Shown: piece by piece, positions 46,608-56,210 of the stretch | Layout of the letters: every line of letters starts with the position of its first letter | Numbering within the stretch: position 1 is the stretch's first letter | Sequence record: DRR723986_10959 | Direction: 5' to 3' (one strand) | Length of the DNA stretch: 64,000 nucleotides | Program-made: the position numbers and the translations under genes | The notes under the pieces: generated by a model | What the model was told of the DNA's origin: nothing | What the model saw: the letters and a program-made list of their open reading frames with translations, nothing else | Database searches by the model: none

Positions 46608-48896
46608 TTAGTGATATTTACCCCAACCGTTTTTTTCTTCGAAAATATCAAATCTTGAAGGCACTTGTTTTCTTGGCCAAAAATTATCTTCCATTTCGCA
46701 ATCTGCAGTTTCTAAGAAAGGATCAAGTTCGATACTCAACACCTCTTTTTTAAAGATGAAAACCTTTGATATTTCAACATCATTTGTTTTCCAAATTTCA
46801 GCAGGGATTCTTACAACCTCATTCGTTTGATCTGTAAAGTTGAATCTTAAAATTAAAGGCATTACTAACCCACCTTTGTTCTTGAAGTCCAATTGATAAA
46901 AATTATATCCTCCATTCAATAACTTTTTGTCATCATCTGAAATTGAGCTGATAAAATCTTCGTAGGCTTCTCTGTCTTGTTCCGTTACTTCAAAAGGATC
47001 AGCTGTGTTGTATTTATCATCCAACATTGGCATATCTTCATTTTTGGTCTTTTTAATTTGCTCTTTATTTCTAATTTCAGAAATACCTTTATTTTCTTCT
47101 TCATCAATTGTTTTCTCAAACTCCTTTTCAATCACAGGATCATGTGTATCAATTTGGAACCATTTCACAGAATTCAAGGCAATATCACAGTGCTCGTTTG
47201 TAAAGAACCAGCCTCTCCAAAACCAATCTAAATCAACTCCTGAAGCATCTTCCATAGTTCTGAAGAAATCTGCCGGTGTCGGATGCTTAAACATCCATCT
47301 TTGTGCATAGGTCTTGAAAGCAAAATCGAATAATTCACGTCCTAAAATTGTTTCTCTCAAAATGTTAAGCGCAGTCGCTGGCTTTCCATAGGCGTTGTTT
47401 CCAAATTGGTGTAATGACTCAGAATTCGTCATAATTGGGGAAATATTGTCCTTATCTCCTTTCATATAATCTACAATCAAATGTGCTGGCCCTCTTCTTG
47501 AAGGATAATCACGCTGCCACTCTTGCTCGGTTAAATACTGTAAAAAGGTGTTTAATCCTTCATCCATCCAAGTCCATTGACGTTCATCTGAATTGATAAT
47601 CATAGGAAAATAATTGTGCCCTACTTCGTGTATAATCACAGAATGCATTCCATATTTAGTACGTTCTGAATAGGTTCCATCTTCATTTGGACGTCCACCA
47701 TTAAAGCAAATCATTGGGTACTCCATACCGATATAATTCGCGTGTACTGAAATCGCCACTGGATAAGGGTAATCAAATGTGTGCTTTGAATACGTTTTAA
47801 GTGTTTGAGCAGTAACTCGTGTTGAATATTTCTCCCATAACGGATTTCCTTCTTTAGGATAGAAAGACATGGCCATCACTGTTTTAGTTTCTTGAACTAC
47901 TCTTTGTGCATCCCACATGAATTTACGAGATGAAGCAAATGCAAAGTCTCTCACGTTTTCAGCCTCAAAATGCCAGGTTTTAGTTCCGCTCGCTTTAGTT
48001 TGCTCAGCCTTTTTTGCCTCTTCAGGAGTTACAATAAAAATTGGGTCATCTGCCAACTTAGCTTTTTCCCATCTTGCTTTTTGCTCTGCAGTCAGCACCT
48101 TACTCGCATTGGTAAGCTCACCCGTTGCCGCAACAATGTGATCAGAAGGAACTGTGATTTCAACATCATAATCTCCAAACGGCAAGGTGAATTCTCCGTT
48201 TCCTAGAAATTGCTTGTTCTGCCATCCTTCAACATCATTGTAAACACACATTCTTGGGAAGAATTGAGCTATTGTATACAGGTAATTATCATCTTTTTCA
48301 AAATACTCGTAACCAGATCGACCTCCAATTTCCATTCTATCATTGATGTTATACCACCAGTCTATTTTGAACGAATATTTGTCACCATTTTTCATGGGAG
48401 TCGGAATATCAATTCGCATCATTGTTCCTACAACCGTGTACTGCACTGGTTTTCCTGAGGCATCAGTCACTTTAGTTAAATTGAATCCTCCTTGAAAATC
48501 CAATACATCAAATGTTCTTTTTAAGGCATAAGGTGAAGATAGCCCTTCTATGGTGCTTGTTCTTGTTAATTGACCCGCTGACCCAGGAATTCTAATATTT
48601 TGATCTAACTGCAACCATAAATATTCTAGTTGGTCTGGTGAGTTATTCGTATACGTAATAGTTTCTGATCCAGTAATCGTTTGTTTGGCGTCATCTAAGG
48701 TGATCTTCATCACGTAATCAGCCTGCTGCTGATAGTAATTAGGACCTGGTGCTCCAGCCGCATTTCTATAGACATTTGGCGTGGCCAACTCTTCTTTCAG
48801 CTGCTTGAATTTATTATTGTTGTAACTAGATTGAGCAATTGAGGTTCCTGCAAGTACAAGACCAACAGTTGATAAAATGATGCTTAATTTTCTCAT
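46608..48896 (-). CDS. M1-family zinc aminopeptidase, secreted
   Basis: GMEYP, HEVGH...WMDEG, YGKPA, signal peptide. Confidence 0.92.
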   Translation of the reverse strand: MRKLSIILSTVGLVLAGTSIAQSSYNNNKFKQLKEELATPNVYRNAAGAPGPNYYQQQADYVMKITLDDAKQTITGSETITYTNNSPDQLEYLWLQLDQNIRIPGSAGQLTRTSTIEGLSSPYALKRTFDVLDFQGGFNLTKVTDASGKPVQYTVVGTMMRIDIPTPMKNGDKYSFKIDWWYNINDRMEIGGRSGYEYFEKDDNYLYTIAQFFPRMCVYNDVEGWQNKQFLGNGEFTLPFGDYDVEITVPSDHIVAATGELTNASKVLTAEQKARWEKAKLADDPIFIVTPEEAKKAEQTKASGTKTWHFEAENVRDFAFASSRKFMWDAQRVVQETKTVMAMSFYPKEGNPLWEKYSTRVTAQTLKTYSKHTFDYPYPVAISVHANYIGMEYPMICFNGGRPNEDGTYSERTKYGMHSVIIHEVGHNYFPMIINSDERQWTWMDEGLNTFLQYLTEQEWQRDYPSRRGPAHLIVDYMKGDKDNISPIMTNSESLHQFGNNAYGKPATALNILRETILGRELFDFAFKTYAQRWMFKHPTPADFFRTMEDASGVDLDWFWRGWFFTNEHCDIALNSVKWFQIDTHDPVIEKEFEKTIDEEENKGISEIRNKEQIKKTKNEDMPMLDDKYNTADPFEVTEQDREAYEDFISSISDDDKKLLNGGYNFYQLDFKNKGGLVMPLILRFNFTDQTNEVVRIPAEIWKTNDVEISKVFIFKKEVLSIELDPFLETADCEMEDNFWPRKQVPSRFDIFEEKNGWGKYH

Positions 48897-48903
48897 GTTA
48901 AAA

Positions 48904-49398
48904 TTAAAAATTGATGTCCGCTTTATTTTGCGAAGGCACTAAAGTTACACTTTTCGTTTGATCTTTGTATTTGTAATGAACGATATTTTGTTGATCGTCT
49001 GATATGCTAAATAAAAGGTTTGAGACTATGTTCAATGATTTAGGATCACCTATTTTTAAGAAGGAAAAATAGAAAAACAAATCTTCTCGATTATCTATTT
49101 CCTTGCCTAAGTATTTAAATTCAGCCTGCTGATTATTAGACATTACTGTAAAGTTTTGTCTGATATAAGCGATACAATATTTACCAATTTCAGAATCATC
49201 TTTAACCTGCTCAATATGAATGCTTTTTTCAAACTTTTTGATTAAAATTCGTTCAAAGTCGTGTGCCGTCATTTTTAGACTTACATCAATTCTTTCTGAA
49301 TCTTCATTATACTCCATATTTGCTATAGAGATGTAAAATTTGTGCGCTGTGGCATTCATTGAAACTAAAAACACACAAAGCATTAAAACTGTTCTCAT
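48904..49398 (-). CDS. DUF6702-like secreted protein
   Basis: AHKFYISI after the signal peptide, QQNIVH; typical neighbour of Bacteroidota M1 peptidases. Confidence 0.65.
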   Translation of the reverse strand: MRTVLMLCVFLVSMNATAHKFYISIANMEYNEDSERIDVSLKMTAHDFERILIKKFEKSIHIEQVKDDSEIGKYCIAYIRQNFTVMSNNQQAEFKYLGKEIDNREDLFFYFSFLKIGDPKSLNIVSNLLFSISDDQQNIVHYKYKDQTKSVTLVPSQNKADINF

Positions 49399-51338
49399 TC
49401 GGTTAAATGTTTTTTAGGTACAATTTTTACGTATTGAAATTTTCTGAATTTGATAATTGGTATGGTACCGTCATACTTTGGCCCTTGTACCAAAAACCGT
49501 TCCTCAACAAATAAAATTCTATTTGGATCTATCAACAAGTGCTGCATAAAGTGTTTGATTCTGATCTGACTCTCCAACGCTCTTTCATAGGCCAAGTAAA
49601 TGTTTTTCTTTTTAGTTTCAATAGGAATTTGGGAGATGCTTGATTCCATAATCAGTTCTACATAACCGAATTGTTTAACTTCTTCAGCAATATACTTTGC
49701 CAATTTACTGAACACCCATGATGAAGTATCAACCCCATTAAAATAGTAGTCAAAATTAACCATGTAAGGTTTGGGCGGTAAATTGTTCGGTTCGTTCTTG
49801 GTATGAACGATTGGAATTAAATTAAAGTATTCATATTGAGAATAGTCTGTGTATTTTTTATTCTGCCAGATGTAATCAGGACCGTGAACAAAAGGCTTAA
49901 CCTCAATATCCATGGTTCTCCCAGTTTGATCTAAAAATAGTTTTAAGAGTTGTTTTTTTATCTCACTCCCCTCTTTGTGAGCCAATAGCATCAAATTATC
50001 CTCACCATCCCGTGGAATTTTTGATTTTGAGGATTCAATAAGTAACTTAATCGGATATCCGGCTTTGTGATTCAATAATAAATTCTTCCAGAAATACTTA
50101 AATTCAGAAGACGCCACATCTATTTTATTGCCCAAAAGCGTTGACTGCCGGTAGGTGGGTAACAATGGTGGGGTTATGTTATCCGGTTTAATCTCATAAT
50201 TGAACTCTTGTTTTTCTTCTTCGTCAGACACATCCCACATCTGAAATTTATATTTGTTTTCGGGATGATAAGCCATTGAATCAAAACGGACAGTAACATC
50301 CTTATTGCTCGCTCCGGTGTTCTTTTTTAAATTTTTGAAAATTTGCTTTTCTAATTGAGCCGCTAACTTCTCTCTATCGGCATAGGTCATTCTGCTTGGA
50401 CTTATGATCACTCCTTTCAAATCTAGACTACCATTGATAAACAGCTTGTTCTCTAGTTGATCGAAATTAATTTGCTCGATTACTTCGCTCACATCAGGAC
50501 GTGAAAACCGTTGATAATTCAGCAATAAATACTGGTTTTCAACAATTTGGTTGGCATTGAGTTTAATTACAGAGTTTTCAATTAAATCGCTTCCAAAATT
50601 TAGTGAATAGACTTTGACACTTGCCTTTGCCCATTGAGGAACTTCGTCTATTACAAAAGTTGGTTCTTCAAAAAAGACTGTATTTGGAGAATAGCCTCTT
50701 ATCCTAAATTCTCTGACCAATTTTCCTTTTATGTATTTAGCAATAAACTGCATTTCTTCCACATCCTTTTGATCTCTCACTCCAATTTCTATTCCTAGAG
50801 TGGTAAACTGATAAAAATCAATCTCATAGGATAAGTCATTCACAAAAGAGATGAAAAAATTAAAGTCTAAATAAGAAGTGTCGTAAGGTGTAATGGAATA
50901 GAAATTAATAGGTGCAACCAAATACTCTTTGAGTTCTGCATCAATTTTTTTCAGACCATAATTTTCAGAAACAACATTACCTGAAATTTTCAAAAACAGT
51001 CTGTGTTGATCGTACACTCCTATTCTACTCACTACTTCAATACTCTTTGTAAACAATCCAGATCTACCCTTAGGATTATAGCTGAATTTCAACTGAATGG
51101 ATGAATTGGGTGGAATCAATGTGTCTTGTGACAAAATAGCAGTGCAGCCGCAAGAAGTGATGATTTCATGAATTCTAATCGTATCTTCTGAATATGGATT
51201 TTTCAAGGTAAAATGGGCCGCAACTTCCCCTTTACTTTCGTAAACATCTCCCAAATCTTTTGAGGGATGTTCAACGAAAATTTGTGCAGTTAAACTACTG
51301 CAAAACCCGAGTAATATTGCTACTAAAATCCCTCTCAC
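49395..51338 (-). CDS. DUF1573-domain secreted protein with repeated C-terminal modules
   Basis: DLGDV...FTLKN...TSCGCT...IPP; repeated ESS.S.IP...GP.Y modules. Confidence 0.65.
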   Translation of the reverse strand: MRGILVAILLGFCSSLTAQIFVEHPSKDLGDVYESKGEVAAHFTLKNPYSEDTIRIHEIITSCGCTAILSQDTLIPPNSSIQLKFSYNPKGRSGLFTKSIEVVSRIGVYDQHRLFLKISGNVVSENYGLKKIDAELKEYLVAPINFYSITPYDTSYLDFNFFISFVNDLSYEIDFYQFTTLGIEIGVRDQKDVEEMQFIAKYIKGKLVREFRIRGYSPNTVFFEEPTFVIDEVPQWAKASVKVYSLNFGSDLIENSVIKLNANQIVENQYLLLNYQRFSRPDVSEVIEQINFDQLENKLFINGSLDLKGVIISPSRMTYADREKLAAQLEKQIFKNLKKNTGASNKDVTVRFDSMAYHPENKYKFQMWDVSDEEEKQEFNYEIKPDNITPPLLPTYRQSTLLGNKIDVASSEFKYFWKNLLLNHKAGYPIKLLIESSKSKIPRDGEDNLMLLAHKEGSEIKKQLLKLFLDQTGRTMDIEVKPFVHGPDYIWQNKKYTDYSQYEYFNLIPIVHTKNEPNNLPPKPYMVNFDYYFNGVDTSSWVFSKLAKYIAEEVKQFGYVELIMESSISQIPIETKKKNIYLAYERALESQIRIKHFMQHLLIDPNRILFVEERFLVQGPKYDGTIPIIKFRKFQYVKIVPKKHLTE

Positions 51339-51348
51339 AAATCGTTCA

Positions 51349-52635
51349 TCAAATTGGTGCGACCATCTCCATTAAATAGGCACAGGCTATTGCACCAATT
51401 GTACCAACAAAATATCCTAAAACAGCTAGTAAAACGCCAACTGTTGTTAAAGCAGGATGAAATGCACCTGCCACAACTGGTGCTGAAGCTGCTCCTCCTA
51501 CATTTGCTTGAGAGCCGACCGCTAAAAAGAAGTATGGCGCCCTAATTAACTTCGCAACTAAAAATAACAGGCCAATGTGTATTGCAATCCAAATCAATCC
51601 AACAACAATTAATAATGGTTTATCTAAAACTCTTGCCAGATCCATTTTCATACCAATGGTTGCAACCAATATATAAATACATATGGATCCAAATTTGGAA
51701 GCACCAGCCCCTTCAAGCTTCTTAGCACTTGTGAACGAAGCTGCGAATCCGAAAAATGTCGCAATAAGCACTAACCAAAAGAATTTACTTGCAAGTACTG
51801 CTTCATCCGGATTCTCAGAAATTGAAGTGAAATAAGCAGAAATATGATCCGACAGAAAATGGGATAAACTCACTCCTATAAAAGCTACACCTAATATTTT
51901 CATATAATCAGTGGTAGTAGGCTTTTTTGCCACGGTCTTCTCAAATTTCTCCATTTTCACAATGAGATCATCAATTGCTGAAGTATCTGCCTTTAACCAT
52001 TTATCAATTTTCTTTTTATTGCCAATTCCTAGAAGTAAGCCGGCCATTAAAACGTTAGCTACGACAATATCAACGGTAACCATACCACCGTATAGCTCTT
52101 GAGGATACTTATATACCTCTAACATGGCGGTTTGATTTGCTCCTCCTCCAATCCAGCTACCTGCCAAAGTTGAAAGACCTCTCCACGTTGCTTCAAATCC
52201 CTCTCCTCCAACAGTTTCAGGAGAAAAAGTAGACGTCAACATAATGGCAATTGGTCCACCGATTATAATTCCCACAGTTGCTGTACCGAACATTATCAGG
52301 GCTTTTGGGCCTAGTTTTATAATCCCTGGAATATCGATACTCAGGGTCATTAAGATTAACGCTGCCGGCAGACAGTAGTATTTAGCCATTGCGTATAAAC
52401 CCGAATATTCTGGGGATATTAATCCCATGGTTGTTAGGATTGCGGGAATAAAGTAACATAGAAAAAGAGCCGGTATATACTTGTAAAAAGTTTCCCAAGC
52501 ACTGCCTTTTCTAGCCGAAGTGTAAAAAATCAGGGCTAAAACGCCCATCAAAATTCCAAATACTATTTTATCATCTTGGAAAATAGGTCCGTCAGGATCA
52601 ATAGCTTCAGCCGCACTTAATAAATTAAAATTCAT
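51349..52635 (-). CDS. DUF819-family membrane protein
   Basis: GSWIGGGANQTAM, GSQANVGGAASAP, many TM helices. Confidence 0.85.
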   Translation of the reverse strand: MNFNLLSAAEAIDPDGPIFQDDKIVFGILMGVLALIFYTSARKGSAWETFYKYIPALFLCYFIPAILTTMGLISPEYSGLYAMAKYYCLPAALILMTLSIDIPGIIKLGPKALIMFGTATVGIIIGGPIAIMLTSTFSPETVGGEGFEATWRGLSTLAGSWIGGGANQTAMLEVYKYPQELYGGMVTVDIVVANVLMAGLLLGIGNKKKIDKWLKADTSAIDDLIVKMEKFEKTVAKKPTTTDYMKILGVAFIGVSLSHFLSDHISAYFTSISENPDEAVLASKFFWLVLIATFFGFAASFTSAKKLEGAGASKFGSICIYILVATIGMKMDLARVLDKPLLIVVGLIWIAIHIGLLFLVAKLIRAPYFFLAVGSQANVGGAASAPVVAGAFHPALTTVGVLLAVLGYFVGTIGAIACAYLMEMVAPI

Positions 52636-52642
52636 AGTTGGA

Positions 52643-53110
52643 TTAATAAGGTCCTAAAATGCACGCATAAAAGGACAATGAATAAATGTTTTCGCCTTCT
52701 AAAGTAGCGATACAATCAGAACTAAAGTTAGAATCTCCTTGGAAGAATTTATTATCCTCAAAAGTCATTACACAATTTGAAGAAAATGTGCTGTTTCCTC
52801 GATAGACTTTATTGTCTTCAATGGTGTAAACTATATCTGATGAAAAAGAAGAATCTCCGCGGTAAATTTTGTTTCCTTTTATTGTGAATAAACAATCAAA
52901 AGACATGGTGGAATTGCCAGCATAGAGTTTATTGTTCTCAAATCTATACAGTGAATTCGTTGTAAAACTGGCATCCCCATGAAAAACTTGATTGTTTTTG
53001 ATCGTGTAAGCAATGTCCGAATTAAACTTTGAATCGCCCATATACAGTCTAATTTGGCCAAAACTTACGGCACTAAAAAAGGCTAGACACAACAGAGTAA
53101 AACATTTCAT
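52643..53110 (-). CDS. Secreted 20-aa tandem repeat protein
   Basis: Signal peptide from ATG 53110 (TACTTTTG -7 element at 53116-53123); about six NK.Y.G(D/N)S.FSS..(Y/F)T.E. repeats. Confidence 0.7.
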   Translation of the reverse strand: MKCFTLLCLAFFSAVSFGQIRLYMGDSKFNSDIAYTIKNNQVFHGDASFTTNSLYRFENNKLYAGNSTMSFDCLFTIKGNKIYRGDSSFSSDIVYTIEDNKVYRGNSTFSSNCVMTFEDNKFFQGDSNFSSDCIATLEGENIYSLSFYACILGPY

Positions 53111-53215
53111 AGACTCAAAAGTAGCAAAAATTGAACCAGCCATTTTCAATAGTTTTTCACAATTAGATAAGGGCATTTCATTTAAGGGATTTTATAGACA
53201 TGTGAGATTAGCATT

Positions 53216-53223
53216 TATATTTG
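53216..53223 (+). promoter_or_regulatory. -7 promoter element for the VOC gene
   Basis: TATATTTG. Confidence 0.5.
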
Positions 53224-53237
53224 TAAAAAATTAGCTT

Positions 53238-54299
53238 ATGGAGAAGATCATTTCAGGAATTCAACAAATGGGAATTGGCGTACCAGATGTTCAGAAAATA
53301 TGGAAATGGTATAGAGAAATGTTCGGTATTGATGTGCGGATATTTGAAGAAGCGGCTGACGCTCCTTTAATGACTAGATACACTGGTGGTGAAGTTCACA
53401 GTAGAACAGCAACCTTGGCATTGAGCATGGAAAGTGGCGGAGGAATGGAAATTTGGCAGTTCACCTCAAGACCTACAGAAAAAGCAAGTTTTGAGATTCA
53501 ATTAGGAGATTTCGGCTTATATGCCTGCAAAATCAAATCACGTGATGTACAGGCATCCTATGATTTTCATAAATCAAAAGGCGTTAAAATACTTGGTGAA
53601 CTGAGTAAGGATCCAGCGGGTAATTTCAATTATTTTTTGGCGGATCCGAATGGTAATATATTCAATATTGTTAAGGGTACTGGCTGGTTTAAAGACACCA
53701 AACATCCGGCTAAAACTGGAGCTGTAGCTGGGACGGTAATTGGTGTATCAGACATTGACCAATCTTTAAAATTGTATAAGGATATTTTAGAGTACGATAC
53801 AGTTGTTTATGACGAAACCGGAACATTTGATTGCTTCAAAGGTTTACCAAGCGGTAATCAGGTATATAGAAGAGTATTGTTAAAACATAAAACAGAACGA
53901 GAAGGGCCTTTCTCTAAATTGCTAGGGCCTACAGAAATTGAATTGGTTCAAGCTACGGAAAGACAAGGCGTTCAAATATTTAAAGACCGTTATTGGGGAG
54001 ATTGGGGCTTCATCCATTTATGTTATGACGTTCAAGGAATGGAAGCTCTGAAGAAAGAGTGCGAAGATGCTGGTTTTGAATTCACAGTTGACAGCGGTGA
54101 CACTTTTGATATGGGCGAAGCTGGCGGTCGTTTTTCATATATTGAAGATCCTGATGGCACATGGATAGAATTCGTTGAAACGCACAAAGTTCCAGTGATG
54201 AAAAAACTGGGCTGGTATATCAATTTAAAGAAAAGAGATCCTAAAAAACGCTTACCTAACTGGATGTTAAAAGCAATGGGCATGAATAGGGTGAAATAG
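53238..54299 (+). CDS. VOC (glyoxalase/bleomycin resistance) family protein, two domains
   Basis: GIQQMGIGV, MEIWQF, DPNGN, IELVQ, IHLCYDV, EDPDGTWIEFVE. Confidence 0.85.
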   Translation: MEKIISGIQQMGIGVPDVQKIWKWYREMFGIDVRIFEEAADAPLMTRYTGGEVHSRTATLALSMESGGGMEIWQFTSRPTEKASFEIQLGDFGLYACKIKSRDVQASYDFHKSKGVKILGELSKDPAGNFNYFLADPNGNIFNIVKGTGWFKDTKHPAKTGAVAGTVIGVSDIDQSLKLYKDILEYDTVVYDETGTFDCFKGLPSGNQVYRRVLLKHKTEREGPFSKLLGPTEIELVQATERQGVQIFKDRYWGDWGFIHLCYDVQGMEALKKECEDAGFEFTVDSGDTFDMGEAGGRFSYIEDPDGTWIEFVETHKVPVMKKLGWYINLKKRDPKKRLPNWMLKAMGMNRVK

Positions 54300-54420
54300 T
54301 CATTCATCCGAAAATTCATGCAACTTATCGATTTCAAAGAGCTTAAAATTTTAACGTTTCAACCTTTTATTGTCATTTTCCGTATATTCATATACAGAAA
54401 CTTGCTACTCCTTGTTTATA

Positions 54421-55926
54421 ATGTTCAAATTAACTAACTCAATACTGCTATTTTTTGTACTTAATTTATCATTCGGTCAATCGGATGGATGCACGGGTGT
54501 ACCCTCTTTAACAATGGGCATAGGCACATGTTCTAATACGGCGTTTTCATTGCCTGGCTCATTCTCAAACGGGGGATTAGTAAATGCCTCTTGTGCAACG
54601 GGTAATAACCGTGATGACGGATGGTTTTCGTTCACTACTGGACCTGCTCAAACAACTGCTAATATTGAAGAAACTTCAACCAACAGAACTCATTTAATAT
54701 CTGTTTGGACAGCATGTGGAGGAGGAACTGAGCTTGGTTGTAATGTACAAGCTAGTGGTAATACAGCCAACATTAATCTTACTGGATTAAGTCCATCAAC
54801 AACTTATTATATTCAAATACATAGAAGAGGAGGAGGAGGAGGAGCCTCTATATCTGGAAATATTTGTGTTTACGAACCTGTTCCGGTACCTCCTGTTCCT
54901 GAAGATTGTAACGGTGGCACTACTGTTTGCTCTTCTAGTTCGTTCTCTGGAAATAGTTCTGGTGGAGGTAATGTTTCTGACCTAGACGCTTCCAATCAAG
55001 GATGTTTGACCTCAGGTGAGCACGAATCATCATGGTATTATTTTTCAGCTGCCACCTCAGGGGATTTTGCCTTTACAATTGTAACCTCCGTTGATTATGA
55101 TTTCGCTGTATGGGGACCTTATGCATCTGTAACTTGCCCTCCAACAGAAGCACCTCTAAGATGCTCTTATTCAGGAACCACAGGAAATACTGGCTTACTT
55201 AATGGCTCTGGAGATAATACAGAAAATGCAAGTGGAAATAAATTCGTTGAAGACATCAATGCCAATGCGGGAGAGGTTTTTATTTTGTTAATTGACAATT
55301 TCACTTCTGATGCGAGTGGATTTGATCTAAACTGGAGTGTTACCAATGGTGGATCGTTGGATTGTACGCCATTACCTGTTGAACTAGCAAACTTTTACGG
55401 CACTGATGAAACCGATCATAACTTGATTCATTGGGAAACCAAATCGGAGAGCGATTCAAAGGAGTTTATAATTGAAAAATCTAGGGATGGTTTAAATTTT
55501 GAACGTATTGGCAGTGTAAATGCAATGGGCAATTCTTCGACTACTGTTGATTATCAGTTTGAGGATTTAGATTGGAGAAACTCAATTAATTACTATCGGA
55601 TAAAAATGGTTGATTTAGATGAGACTTTTATGTATAGTCATATCATTTCAATAAAACGAAAATTAGATGATATTTCAATTTATCCTAATCCTACAACTAA
55701 TTCATTAAGCATTGATTTTGGTGATTTTTACTCTGGTGAGTTTGAACTTGTTTTCCGAAACGCGTTAGGTCAAGTAGTAGAGGAAAAAGGTGAAATTGGA
55801 AATGGCAATTCTGTTTTTCAGTCGAACAAAATTGATGAATTAATTGACGGCCTTTATTTTGTTGAGATTTCAGATCAATTAGGAAACTCTTTAGGTACAT
55901 ATAAAATAATCAAACAGTCGAAATGA
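54421..55926 (+). CDS. Secreted protein with T9SS type A C-terminal domain
   Basis: Signal peptide from ATG 54421; PLPVEL, W.T.SE, YYRIKMVD.D; CTD IYPNPT...NALGQ...GLYFV. Confidence 0.88.
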   Translation: MFKLTNSILLFFVLNLSFGQSDGCTGVPSLTMGIGTCSNTAFSLPGSFSNGGLVNASCATGNNRDDGWFSFTTGPAQTTANIEETSTNRTHLISVWTACGGGTELGCNVQASGNTANINLTGLSPSTTYYIQIHRRGGGGGASISGNICVYEPVPVPPVPEDCNGGTTVCSSSSFSGNSSGGGNVSDLDASNQGCLTSGEHESSWYYFSAATSGDFAFTIVTSVDYDFAVWGPYASVTCPPTEAPLRCSYSGTTGNTGLLNGSGDNTENASGNKFVEDINANAGEVFILLIDNFTSDASGFDLNWSVTNGGSLDCTPLPVELANFYGTDETDHNLIHWETKSESDSKEFIIEKSRDGLNFERIGSVNAMGNSSTTVDYQFEDLDWRNSINYYRIKMVDLDETFMYSHIISIKRKLDDISIYPNPTTNSLSIDFGDFYSGEFELVFRNALGQVVEEKGEIGNGNSVFQSNKIDELIDGLYFVEISDQLGNSLGTYKIIKQSK

Positions 55927-56210
55927 GAAAGCTACTTTTAATATTGTTTATTTGCTTTTCAATAAGTTCATTAGCAAGCACCCACCATTATGTGTTTAAA
56001 TTACAGGGAATTGATAATCCAGGTGATGCAAAAGGAAAAATTAATGAGATGAGAGCCTTGTTTGGAGTGAAAACTTTCTATTTTTTTGATGACTCTGATA
56101 CCTTTAAAATTGTAACAGAAAAAGATTTGAATATCTTAGAAATGGAACAATTACTCTTAGAAAATGGACTTTTTTTAGATGGAGGAATAACTCATTCTGT
56201 TATAGAATAA
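55923..56210 (+). CDS. Small secreted hypothetical protein (possible ferredoxin-like/HMA-like fold without Cys)
   Basis: Signal peptide; ATGA overlap with the T9SS gene. Confidence 0.55.
   Translation: MRKLLLILFICFSISSLASTHHYVFKLQGIDNPGDAKGKINEMRALFGVKTFYFFDDSDTFKIVTEKDLNILEMEQLLLENGLFLDGGITHSVIE

Noticed and set aside
54826-54843. (GGA)n microsatellite as a phase-variation switch
   Set aside because: A short in-frame triplet run encoding a Gly linker; slippage would not shift the frame.
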